Below, piece after piece: positions 18,528 through 28,146 of a stretch of DNA of 57,228 bases. Source of the DNA: Bdellovibrio sp. (GTDB lineage: Bacteria; Bdellovibrionota; Bdellovibrionia; Bdellovibrionales; Bdellovibrionaceae). The first letter of the stretch is position 1; each line of letters opens with the position of its first letter. Location of the stretch: NCBI GenBank assembly GCA_046318155.1, contig JBKCUU010000023.1, positions 1 through 57,228 of the forward strand, given 5' to 3'. The translations under genes were made by a program, and so were the position numbers. A model generated the notes under the pieces. That model had not been told where the DNA came from. It was given only the letters and a program-made list of their open reading frames with translations, and did not search any database.

Positions 18528-21500
18528 TTGGTGAGAATGCTCAATCGGCGGATTAGTTACTTTGTCACGACAGTTCTTGTGTTTCTAGGGATCATTGCCT
18601 TCTTTCAGATGCCGCGTGAGGAAGACCCTCGCATTAAAAAAAGAAATGCTCTCGCTCGTGTCATCCTTCCAGGGGCTACGCCCGAACGAATTTTTCGGCA
18701 AGTGGTGCGACCTCTTGAGGATGAATTGAGTAAAGTTGAGGAACTTAAGGAAGTTTCGGTTGAGGTCCGTTTGAATGTCGCCATTTTTCAATTGGAATTG
18801 GTTGATGATGTCAAAGACATCCCACTTGCCTGGCGAGAAGTCGAAAACGCCATTGAGCGCAGTCGATCCTTGGTCGAGAGCTCGGTCCGTTTGCCCGTTT
18901 TAGAGTTTGGAGTTCTAGATATTGAGTCGGTGATCTTGGCCGTCACAGGAGGCACCTATCCAGAAATGATTGATGCCTCTCAGCGCCTTAAAGATGAGCT
19001 CCTCAGAAACGCCCAAGTCGCCGAGGTTCGTCTCTTTGGAAGCCCCACGCTCGAGATACGAACGGAAGTAAATGAACAAAAAATGTTTGGTTTGGGATTA
19101 GGTATTCTTCAATTGGTAGATGGGCTTCAGCAAAAGAACTCGGGTGCGCCCACTGGTTTTTTGCTGAATTCTGGCGACAGAGTTGTCATTGATCAAACGA
19201 ACGATTTGAGCCAGATTTCACAACTAGAAAATTTAAAATTCGAAACTCGAAATTTTACGTCTGTAAAGCTCAAGGATTTCTCGGTCTCGCGCCGATTGGA
19301 AGCGGATCCGCCTCAGAATATATTTCGGCTCAATGGAGTGCCAGCGATTGGAATAGGGATCGTCGCGAAAGAGGGTCTTAATATTGAATCTTTCGGGCAA
19401 AGAATTCTCGACGCGATGAGCTCTTACTCAAAGTCTTTGCAGCCGCTCAAGTTAGAGATGGTGGCTTACCAGCCCGAGAGAACGAAAGAGAGAATCTCGA
19501 ACCTGATGGTGGCGTTGGTAAGCGGGATGGCGCTCATCGCCCTGCTCCTTGTTTTTCTGATGGGCCCGACGACAGCCTTTCTCGTGGCACTGATGGTCCC
19601 GACTATTTCATTGGTTGGACTTTTCATTTATTTTATGATTGGGGGAGTTCTTCACCAAATTTCGATTGCGGCCTTTATCATCTCGATTGGACAGTTCATC
19701 GACAACGTGATTGTCGTGATTGATCAAATGCAAAAACGGATCAACTCAGGCGAGTCGGGTGATGAGGCGGCCCAAAAAGTCTCCAAAAATTTAAGGTGGC
19801 CTATGGCCTTCGCGACACTCACGGGCATCTGCGCTTTTTTGCCGATGTATTCTTCCCAAGGCGGCACGGCGGATTTTGTGACTGCTCTACCTTTGGTGGC
19901 GATGATCACATTGGTTGCCTCCTATTTTGTCACTCTTTTCTTTACGCCTCTGCTCGCCGCGCGTCTGATCCAACCAAGAGCGTCAAAAAAAGTCGATCAG
20001 GTTTTTGAATTTCTCGAGAACTTGTTGACGAAAATGGCATTGGGGCCTTTTTGGAGGGTCGGAGCGCTCATTGCTCTGATTTTTGGAATTTCAATTTTTG
20101 GTCTTATTTTTGTAAAGAAAGAGTTTTTTCCAGAAAGTGATCGTAATGAATTTCTTTTCACTTTCGAGCTGAATCAAAGTGCCGATATCAGCTTAACCCT
20201 GAATGTTCTCAAAGAAGTTGAGGCGTATCTCAAGGCAAAAACTGAAGTGACTCAAATTGCAGCCTTTGCGGGAGGAGATATCCCGCGCTTTTACTACAAC
20301 ATACCCAATTTTCAACGAGCCCCTCAGGTGGGTCAGTTACTTTTGACGGTTAGGCCAGGCACTCCAATGAAGGAGCTTGGGTTGGATGTCGAGACTCATT
20401 TCAGTCGAAAATATCCAGCAATAAGTTTTGTTTCGCTTTTTCTACAGCAAGGTCCGCCGATTAATGCCAAAGTTGAGCTGCGTTTTTTCTCAACCGAACC
20501 AAAGAGGTTAGAAGAGGCCAGTCAGTATTTAAGTGGTGCTTTCAAGTCTAACGAAAAGATGCGAGCAGTCAGAGTTGATGAAGTTCGGGGCCTAAAAACC
20601 TTAGTCGCGCAGACAAAAGATTCAACAGCAGCTTCTTTGGGCCTCAGTAATCGAGAAGTTAACTCTTACCTGGCCTTTTACTCGACGGGGCTCCCGGTTT
20701 CGGTTTTTCGTTTCGAAAGAGAGCCCCTCGTCGTTCGAGTCCGGGCGCAAGAGAATTTGAACTTATCCGATCAAGCTCTGGGCAAATCCATTGCGCTCCG
20801 TGGACAGGATCGTGATTTTACCCTGGGTGATCTGGTGGACTTTAAACTGCAAGATTCAATCTCCGTCATTCGGAGAAAGAACTCCGAAAGCTATCTTCGA
20901 GCGCTTGCGGACTTAAAAGAGGGGGCCACTTTCAGCGATGTCTCGGTGGATCTTGAGAAAATTAGGGCAAGCTTTCCGGTGAAACCTGGTGAGAGATTCG
21001 AACTGGGAGGGGATGCGGAAGGTGCCGGAGAGGCCAATACTTCAATTCTAAAAGTTGTTCCCGTCGCCATGTCACTCTTGATTTTGTGTCTTCTGCTTGA
21101 GTTTAAGAGCTACAGAAAAGTTCTCATTGCCGTTCTCGCTCTGCCGGTCGCGATCCTGGGTGTCTTTCCGGGGCTCTGGCTTGCGGGGGTGCCATTTGGA
21201 TTCATGTCTCTTTTAGGGCTTTTGGCACTGGTGGGGATCTCCGTGAATAACATCATTTTACTCCTTGAGGCTTTGGAGGATGAGGGGAGTCTGGAGCTCG
21301 CCATTAAAAGTCGCACGCGCGCCATTTTCTTGACGACGACGTTGACTCTTGCGGGGCTTATTCCGCTTGCTTTTGATGACTCGTCCTTGTGGCCCCCCCT
21401 CGCGTGGACGATGATCTCCGGATTGATAACAGGAACGGTGGCGACCTTGATCGTGGTTCCTGTGTTGTGCCGAATTTTCTTTGGAGACCGCATTAAGAAG

Positions 21501-22790
21501 ACGGCAAAGGCAGTGATTCCTTTGGTCGTCATGTTGTCCCTTTTCATTCAAACTCCGAAGGCTGAGGCTCAAAGCGGTGTTCCATTGACAACCGTCCTGC
21601 AAAGAATCGGGCTGGCGATTGAAACAAAAGGGCATGAACAAGCCCTCGAGTCTGAAAAAATCGCTGAAAGTATAAGTTGGCGTAAGGCCTGGATGCCGTC
21701 GGCATTTATCGCGGGTGAAGCCTTTCAGCGAAGGCAAGATCTGATGACCAACTCAAGTTTTGGTCCAATGAAGGCCGAGTCCAAAGACCGCTTGGACATC
21801 AAAGCCGAAATTGAACAGAAAATATTCAATAAAAGCCTCATGGGAAGCGGGCGCCAGGCAGCTCTCAAAAATCTCGAGGCTGAAGAGTTCAACACCCATG
21901 CGCTAAAAGTTGAAACTCAAATGAAGTTGGTGATGATGGTTTTGCAAGTCAATGAAGCGGACGTGCAAGAAGGCTTTCTCACGCTTCAAAAAAAGAACTT
22001 GGATCAAAGACTCAGAGATATGACTGCTCTGGTGGCGCGGGGGAGAGTTTCGAAAGCAGATCTTTTGAGATTGCAGGTCCTCATAGAGCGAACGGATCAA
22101 CAGCTAGAAGAGTTGAAAATTAACCAGACCCAGCTTCGTTCCTACCTCGAGCGGGAGCAGATTCTTTTTGCTCACGAGAGTTTTCGGTTGCCAAAGAATC
22201 TCGACTCTAAAAGCCGAGGAGATGAACCTGCCCTAGCCAAAAGTTGGCAGCAGAAAAGTTTAATTGCGAAGTCAGAAGCTCTGATCCAAGAGTCAGAGAA
22301 AATATCCGATGCAAGTTGGCCACAGGCTTCAGTGTTTGCCCGGAACATCCAATCCGACGGCCGAAACCTCGTTGAACCTAACTTCAGCGAGGTGGGCGTG
22401 CGACTGTATTGGGAGATTCCACTGGATGGATTGAGATCAAAACAGTCGACCGCCGTTTTAAGAAAACGTGATGAGCTGGAGTCGAAGCGTCTTCAATTAG
22501 AAAGATTTGAGACGACAGCCTTGAAACAACAAGCCGATCGTTTGAACAACTTGTCACAGTGGAAGAAAAAAATGCGAGGCCTCGCTTTGCAATCTCTGAA
22601 AACGAAGAAATCAGAGGAAGCAAAATACGGCGAAGGGCGCACCAGTCTTTCCGATCTCATCCAAGCTGACAATCTGAGTCTTGAGCTCGAACGAGACTTG
22701 CAGCTAGTTGATCTGGAACTGCTTCGAACTTGTTTGCAAATCGAGAAGCTCAAAGGTCAGAATTTAAAAAAATGCGATGAGGTACAATAG
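18528..22790 (+). CDS. RND efflux permease (AcrB family) fused to a C-terminal TolC/OEP domain
   Basis: PREEDP, PGA, IDNVIVV, EFFPESDR, RTRAIFLTT; after about aa 1015, OEP repeats GRVSKADLL and YGEGRTSLSDLIQA. Confidence 0.85.
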   Translation: MVRMLNRRISYFVTTVLVFLGIIAFFQMPREEDPRIKKRNALARVILPGATPERIFRQVVRPLEDELSKVEELKEVSVEVRLNVAIFQLELVDDVKDIPLAWREVENAIERSRSLVESSVRLPVLEFGVLDIESVILAVTGGTYPEMIDASQRLKDELLRNAQVAEVRLFGSPTLEIRTEVNEQKMFGLGLGILQLVDGLQQKNSGAPTGFLLNSGDRVVIDQTNDLSQISQLENLKFETRNFTSVKLKDFSVSRRLEADPPQNIFRLNGVPAIGIGIVAKEGLNIESFGQRILDAMSSYSKSLQPLKLEMVAYQPERTKERISNLMVALVSGMALIALLLVFLMGPTTAFLVALMVPTISLVGLFIYFMIGGVLHQISIAAFIISIGQFIDNVIVVIDQMQKRINSGESGDEAAQKVSKNLRWPMAFATLTGICAFLPMYSSQGGTADFVTALPLVAMITLVASYFVTLFFTPLLAARLIQPRASKKVDQVFEFLENLLTKMALGPFWRVGALIALIFGISIFGLIFVKKEFFPESDRNEFLFTFELNQSADISLTLNVLKEVEAYLKAKTEVTQIAAFAGGDIPRFYYNIPNFQRAPQVGQLLLTVRPGTPMKELGLDVETHFSRKYPAISFVSLFLQQGPPINAKVELRFFSTEPKRLEEASQYLSGAFKSNEKMRAVRVDEVRGLKTLVAQTKDSTAASLGLSNREVNSYLAFYSTGLPVSVFRFEREPLVVRVRAQENLNLSDQALGKSIALRGQDRDFTLGDLVDFKLQDSISVIRRKNSESYLRALADLKEGATFSDVSVDLEKIRASFPVKPGERFELGGDAEGAGEANTSILKVVPVAMSLLILCLLLEFKSYRKVLIAVLALPVAILGVFPGLWLAGVPFGFMSLLGLLALVGISVNNIILLLEALEDEGSLELAIKSRTRAIFLTTTLTLAGLIPLAFDDSSLWPPLAWTMISGLITGTVATLIVVPVLCRIFFGDRIKKTAKAVIPLVVMLSLFIQTPKAEAQSGVPLTTVLQRIGLAIETKGHEQALESEKIAESISWRKAWMPSAFIAGEAFQRRQDLMTNSSFGPMKAESKDRLDIKAEIEQKIFNKSLMGSGRQAALKNLEAEEFNTHALKVETQMKLVMMVLQVNEADVQEGFLTLQKKNLDQRLRDMTALVARGRVSKADLLRLQVLIERTDQQLEELKINQTQLRSYLEREQILFAHESFRLPKNLDSKSRGDEPALAKSWQQKSLIAKSEALIQESEKISDASWPQASVFARNIQSDGRNLVEPNFSEVGVRLYWEIPLDGLRSKQSTAVLRKRDELESKRLQLERFETTALKQQADRLNNLSQWKKKMRGLALQSLKTKKSEEAKYGEGRTSLSDLIQADNLSLELERDLQLVDLELLRTCLQIEKLKGQNLKKCDEVQ

Positions 22791-22992
22791 TCATTCAGCC
22801 TGTCTCGCTTGCCCATGCTGGGAAAATAAGAACGGCAGGATGTCGTCGTGTTGACAGCAAAACGGATGAACGCCTCGACGTGAGTGTGCTGACCGACGCT
22901 GTTCAAAAGGGAATGAATGCTCTCGGCTCGCGGGATGTCGACAGCCATGGACTCACGTTTAGCGTGATCATCTGATGGAAGTGTTTTTGCAA

Positions 22993-23973
22993 TCACGTCC
23001 TCAGATCAAACTGATCAAGATAGGGCAGCGCGCCGGCTCCAACAACGCCGGCTTTGTTGAGGCATTTCGCGACGGCCAGTGGGCACTGAAAGCTCGGATT
23101 AAACTCGGTGACGAGTCCCTTGTAGCGCTTTTTCAGACGTTCAAAATACAGCCGCCGGACATGAATGAGCCCGCCCGAAAACAATATTTTTTCGAGATGA
23201 AAGCCGATGCTCAAATTGTAGCAAAGAGCCGCCAAAGTATCGGCCGCGTCATCAAACAAGACTTGGTATTTTGTTTGACCGGCATCGAGGGCCGTCACGA
23301 GTTCTTCAATCGAGTCGCCTTTAAAGTTCATCTCGTTGCGGGCTCGGCGCAGCAGACCGGTTCCCGAGGCAAGGCCTTCAACGGTAAAGTTGTTTAATTG
23401 CTTGGGATCTCGAAGACGATTGTTCTCTACAATCGAATGCCCGAACTCGGAGCCCATGCCTTTTGTTTGAACGGGCCGCCCGCGAAAGATCACTCCAGAG
23501 CCAATACCAGTTCCAATCGTCACGACAGCGTAACTTTCAAGCCCTTTCGCCCGGCCAATCCAGCCCTCGGCTCGAGCGGCGGCAATGGCATCATTTTGAA
23601 ATACTAAAGGCCCACCGATGCGCCGTTTTTTGAGTTCCCGTGCGAGCAAGTCACGGATGGGGACCACTTTCCATCCGTGAAAGTTGGCGGGGTTGATCAG
23701 GATTCCTTTTTCAACGTTGAGCGGGCCCGCTGAAGCTAGGCCCACGCCTTTAAAGACGCCTCGATTAAAGGCCTCGGGCGCGCACCTTTGAAATGAGGTG
23801 ACCAGTTCGCCCATGCGATGGACGATCTTCTCGGGGCCATTTTTAACATCACGTTTGAGTTCAAGGATTGATTCTTTTTGAAACAAAAGAATGTGGCCCT
23901 TTTGATTGATTAAACCGGCCGCGAGCTTGGTTCCACCAAGGTCGAGTCCGATGGTAAATGTGTTCTTCGTCAT
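22993..23973 (-). CDS. ROK family sugar kinase
   Basis: IGLDLGGTK, NDA..AA.AE, GTGIGSG, EFGH. Confidence 0.9.
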   Translation of the reverse strand: MTKNTFTIGLDLGGTKLAAGLINQKGHILLFQKESILELKRDVKNGPEKIVHRMGELVTSFQRCAPEAFNRGVFKGVGLASAGPLNVEKGILINPANFHGWKVVPIRDLLARELKKRRIGGPLVFQNDAIAAARAEGWIGRAKGLESYAVVTIGTGIGSGVIFRGRPVQTKGMGSEFGHSIVENNRLRDPKQLNNFTVEGLASGTGLLRRARNEMNFKGDSIEELVTALDAGQTKYQVLFDDAADTLAALCYNLSIGFHLEKILFSGGLIHVRRLYFERLKKRYKGLVTEFNPSFQCPLAVAKCLNKAGVVGAGALPYLDQFDLRT

Positions 23974-23977
23974 TTCG

Positions 23978-24961
23978 TTACTTTGGCGAGAGTTCGATCA
24001 GACCCGTTCGAGGATCACCCGTATAAGACTGGCCCTTACCAACGCCTTTCGAGTTTTGTACGATGGCATTGATCCAGCCCGCCGCAAAGTCGGGACGCGA
24101 TTCGGGGATCTTGTGTTCAGAACCCAACACGATCATTTTGCTCGCGCGAGAGGTCACGGGGACCTGAGCCCAAAATTTTTCAAGAACATCACGTTCGATG
24201 TATTGATCGTTGCCCGCGATCACCAAGTGAACGCTGCCGGCCGGGAATTTTTTTGAAGCTTTGTAAGCATCGAATTGACGAATCCCTTGAGTTAATTGAA
24301 AGACGGCTTCGGGTTTCAAAGGGCTTTCCATCATCGAGGGCTCAGTCAAAGGAAACACGTAGTAAACAGTTTGACGTAAAAAGAAGGCGTAGAGCTCTTC
24401 ATCCGTTGCTGGATTTAACGGAAAGGTCAATCGGGTCGCCGCAATCTGCAGACGAATGGATTGATCCTGACTTTTGACAGCCTCTGTATAAGGGGCCATT
24501 AAAATGGCATTGGCGATGCGGTGAGAATAATCACGAGCAAACGCGATCGCCAGGCCGCCGCCGTAAGACAGACCGACCAAATTCAATTTTCCGGTCAGGC
24601 CCAACTTTTTTGTCAGAAGATCCAATTCACGAGCTTGATCTTCGACGCGAATCACGTTTTTAACGGGGCCTACCGCCGTCAGTGTTTTGCCCATGCCGGT
24701 CGGGTCGTAACGAAGAATGCCGTAGTTATAAGGAGCTGCGGCTTGAACAAGTTGGTCCCAAGAATCGATCGAGTAGGTGAGGCCATGAAGAAAGACCACG
24801 GTCGGTGCACCGGGAGCTGCTTTTTTCCAGTCTATATAGAGGCTGCGGCCGGGTTCGACTTCAACAAAACCTTGAACGGTTTCAGTGCCGGCTGCGCCCG
24901 CAAAAGCGGGGGATAGACAGGACGAAAAAACAGAAAGCAAAAGAATCAAAAACCAAATCAC
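23978..24961 (-). CDS. Secreted alpha/beta hydrolase
   Basis: GTG start after GAGGGG; signal peptide; HGL, GLSYGG, C-terminal His. Confidence 0.85.
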   Translation of the reverse strand: MIWFLILLLSVFSSCLSPAFAGAAGTETVQGFVEVEPGRSLYIDWKKAAPGAPTVVFLHGLTYSIDSWDQLVQAAAPYNYGILRYDPTGMGKTLTAVGPVKNVIRVEDQARELDLLTKKLGLTGKLNLVGLSYGGGLAIAFARDYSHRIANAILMAPYTEAVKSQDQSIRLQIAATRLTFPLNPATDEELYAFFLRQTVYYVFPLTEPSMMESPLKPEAVFQLTQGIRQFDAYKASKKFPAGSVHLVIAGNDQYIERDVLEKFWAQVPVTSRASKMIVLGSEHKIPESRPDFAAGWINAIVQNSKGVGKGQSYTGDPRTGLIELSPK

Positions 24962-25199
24962 GACGGCCCCCTCGGACTGGTTCCAGTTTGTAACCAGTAA
25001 GGGGGGGGAGATCAAGAATTGGAGTGAAGTACCCACTCGAGCTGCGCCGCAATAAAGCCCATGTCTAAAACTTCGATAGGGCGAAGGGACCTCAGTTCTC
25101 TTGTATTGGCACTGTGCACATTCAGCCGGTGGCGTGCCTCCTGCTTAAGAGGGCCGGTCTCCCTTTTTGGGGACTGCCGTCACAGAAATCGAGGACCCG

Positions 25200-26381
25200 A
25201 TGCGATTGGTTTTAGCTGCCTTTACCTTTGGTGCCATCACTTTGACCATGGTCGGAACGGCTCGTGCCGAAGCCCTCAAATGTGCGATGGTGATGCAGGA
25301 GCGGACAGCCGCTGAAGACGCCCTGCGCGCACACCTCGCCGCCCTCACGGCCCGCCTTCAAGGTGTGAAGAACGACGTGTTCGCGCTCGGCAAGGGCCGC
25401 CACTTAACGGTTCAATCCATTCAACCGGCGACAAAAAACGACCCGGTCTTGTTGATGATGCCTGGTGTGAATCGCGGACTTTTGGCGACCGACCCGACCG
25501 TTGCGATGCTGGCAGCTCAAGGTTTTGGCGTGGTTGTCTTTCACATGTCGCCGCAGCCTTTGTCGGTGGCCACGTTAGCAAAAGGCGAGCGTCCCGCCTT
25601 TCGCGATCAGAACTTGACGCTTCGAGATTTAGCCGCTGAAGTTGAGTTTTTGGCTGCACGAACGAAAATACAAATGGGTGTTGAAAATGTGATCCCCGTT
25701 TCGTTGTCGTACACCGGCGCTGTCTCGCCCTACTTAAAAGGATTTCCACTCGTGTTCGAAACGGTGCCGATGACCTCGGCCGCAGCGACGAACCCTCAAC
25801 TGGAGCGGTACCGTCAGCTGCTAAAATCCGGCGAGCTGTTTAATCCGATCTTTGGCCCTGGAATCACGCGCAGCATGCTCGACAGTGCGTACAAGCAGCA
25901 GTGGACAAAACAAGTCGAGGCTATGACTGAGCAGTTCAAGCTGCCAGCCGAGCGCCGCGATGACATGATCGAAGGCTACACGGTTCTAAGCCGCGCAACC
26001 GAGGGCTTTACTTGGAAAGATGTGAAGTTGCCGGTTGAAACACGCCGCGTGTTCATGCTCGCCGGAAATGAATCTGCGCCTTTGCTGCGCCACCAGCTCG
26101 AGACCTTTATAGGTTTGCTGAAGACTCAGCAGAATGCGGTGGCCATCCTTATTCTTGAGAGTGGGCACGTGCTTCCTTCGGAACAGCCCGTGGCCTATTC
26201 GTCGGCGTTGAAAATGGTGACTGCGGGTCAGTTGCCTTTTGAATCGGGCCTCGTGGTGATTAAGCCGTCGACCAAAGAAATTCAAACTTTTACAGGCGAT
26301 GCGGCCCACCAGATGATCAATAAGATATTGGCTCAAATTCCAAAAAACTCCGAAGAAAACGCGCAACTGACGGGACCATAA
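25200..26381 (+). CDS. Secreted alpha/beta hydrolase-like protein
   Basis: Signal peptide ARA; SLSYTG elbow; SGH near the C-terminus. Confidence 0.7.
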   Translation: MRLVLAAFTFGAITLTMVGTARAEALKCAMVMQERTAAEDALRAHLAALTARLQGVKNDVFALGKGRHLTVQSIQPATKNDPVLLMMPGVNRGLLATDPTVAMLAAQGFGVVVFHMSPQPLSVATLAKGERPAFRDQNLTLRDLAAEVEFLAARTKIQMGVENVIPVSLSYTGAVSPYLKGFPLVFETVPMTSAAATNPQLERYRQLLKSGELFNPIFGPGITRSMLDSAYKQQWTKQVEAMTEQFKLPAERRDDMIEGYTVLSRATEGFTWKDVKLPVETRRVFMLAGNESAPLLRHQLETFIGLLKTQQNAVAILILESGHVLPSEQPVAYSSALKMVTAGQLPFESGLVVIKPSTKEIQTFTGDAAHQMINKILAQIPKNSEENAQLTGP

Positions 26382-26382
26382 A

Positions 26383-27360
26383 ATGACATTACACGCACGG
26401 CCTTGGCCGCTCGTCTCTGCTCAGCTTCTTTTGCCGCTCATTTTCATGGCGCTGACATTTATTTTGGTGCGTGAAGCCTCGGCCAGCGTCTATTGCCGGG
26501 CTGTGCATAACCTCAAAACAGATCAGCTCCGCACGTTTGAAACGCTCCAGAAAAAACAAATCGTTTTTGAAACACACGGCAACGAGCAGGCCGAAACGCA
26601 AGTGGTGTTTTTGAATGGAATCGACAAAGACCTCTCGCAGTGGACGCGCGTGCGGCAGCACTTACAAAAAGAGCGACCGGACTGGGGCTTTACGCAAATC
26701 GATTTGCTGGGCCAAGGCAAAACTTCAGATTTAAATCCCAGCAAGGACAGCGCGATCCCGTTTCAAGAACAGGTCGCCGCCCTGAAACAAATGATCATAG
26801 ACCGCGGGCTGGATCAGAAGAATTTGATCTTGATCGGCCACTCCTACGGCGGCGGCATCGCGGCCCGCTTGATTAAAGAGAATCCAGGAATGGTTCGCGA
26901 AAGCATTTTGATTTCGCCCTTTGTCGATCATCTTGAAACCCATCAGGTCGGAGCCGGCCCCGTCATGTGGTGGATGAAACAGTGGTCGCACATGACCGGC
27001 ATGAAAGCACTGTATGATATGAACGTGCAAATGGGCTCAGACCTGGGCACGATGATGACGTGGCCCATGTACTCGTTCTGGCATGGCAGCGGTGCACGCG
27101 TGACGGATGTTATGGCGCTTTCAAAAGGCATCCGTGATTTGGATATGGATCAAAGTGTCTCGAATGCAGGAACGACTCGCATCCATATGCTGGTCAGTCA
27201 AATTGATGAACTGATTCCCACCACGGCGCACTCGCTTCTTTGGGCGCGCGTCCCTCGAGAAAATCGCGGCCGTTTTGCAGTGATGATGTCGACACACGAG
27301 TCGGTCACGACCGTACCGAGTACGGTGTCGGGCGAAATTCTCAAAACCTTAAGCAAATGA
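26383..27360 (+). CDS. Alpha/beta hydrolase
   Basis: NG, DLLGQG, GHSYGG, late His. Confidence 0.85.
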   Translation: MTLHARPWPLVSAQLLLPLIFMALTFILVREASASVYCRAVHNLKTDQLRTFETLQKKQIVFETHGNEQAETQVVFLNGIDKDLSQWTRVRQHLQKERPDWGFTQIDLLGQGKTSDLNPSKDSAIPFQEQVAALKQMIIDRGLDQKNLILIGHSYGGGIAARLIKENPGMVRESILISPFVDHLETHQVGAGPVMWWMKQWSHMTGMKALYDMNVQMGSDLGTMMTWPMYSFWHGSGARVTDVMALSKGIRDLDMDQSVSNAGTTRIHMLVSQIDELIPTTAHSLLWARVPRENRGRFAVMMSTHESVTTVPSTVSGEILKTLSK

Positions 27361-27384
27361 TGAAATTGACCAAGGGAGAGCGGT

Positions 27385-28083
27385 GTGCCTCAAAACAAAA
27401 CTCTGAGATTTATGCTGGTGCGGGTCTTTCACGCAGGCCTGAAGGTCTCGGCTTTGACTTTGCTGATGGTTGGGTGTGCGAGCCGCCCGCTCTCATCATC
27501 GATCGAGAATGTTTCTCGCGGGGTCGAAATTTTCAAAATTGATTTGTTTGGAACCACGTCTATGCGTGTGCCGAGCGGGCCTGCTTTTGACGAAGTGCCC
27601 GAGCAAAAAAAACGCGTCGTCGTTGAATGCCAGTTTCAATCGTTTGTGGGCAGGGCTGAAGTTGATCGAAGGGCACGCCACGAGACTTATTCGGATTATG
27701 GCCATCGCGAGTGTCTCAAATGGGCGGGGCAGAGTTTGCAGGCCAAGGGAGTCGTGCTTTTGAGTGCACCGACAAAAACCAGTGAGCGCTGGGTGTTTCG
27801 TTTTGAAGACAGCCGCGAGAATAAGCAGGGCAGTCTGCTTGAAAATTTTTACCGCGCCCCTTTGCAGCGGATGTGGGGAACGCTCACACGCTTTGAGCCT
27901 GGGGCGACCAAGCCTGCGGCCCATGTGTTTTTGACCGGCGAAAGTCATTTTTTTGCAGGTAAAGTCCCGCCCAGTGCGAACAGCTCTGTCACCCAGGACA
28001 ATTTTCTGCAGGTGATGATTAAGTCTTTGATCGCCCGAGTCGCTTTGAATCCCAACGAAGGGGCCGAACTGATCGAGGACTAG
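27385..28083 (+). CDS. Hypothetical lipoprotein
   Basis: GGAG SD, lipobox-like LMVGC. Confidence 0.55.
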   Translation: MPQNKTLRFMLVRVFHAGLKVSALTLLMVGCASRPLSSSIENVSRGVEIFKIDLFGTTSMRVPSGPAFDEVPEQKKRVVVECQFQSFVGRAEVDRRARHETYSDYGHRECLKWAGQSLQAKGVVLLSAPTKTSERWVFRFEDSRENKQGSLLENFYRAPLQRMWGTLTRFEPGATKPAAHVFLTGESHFFAGKVPPSANSSVTQDNFLQVMIKSLIARVALNPNEGAELIED

Positions 28084-28146
28084 GTGCATAACGCGCGAAG
28101 TCTGTGCCTGCATTTCATCGCTCTTTTGAGGTAGGCTCTGGGGCCT

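Noticed and set aside
22791..22992. 200-bp spacer between convergent RND and ROK genes as an ncRNA or MFP remnant
   Set aside because: No convincing structure or coding signal seen.
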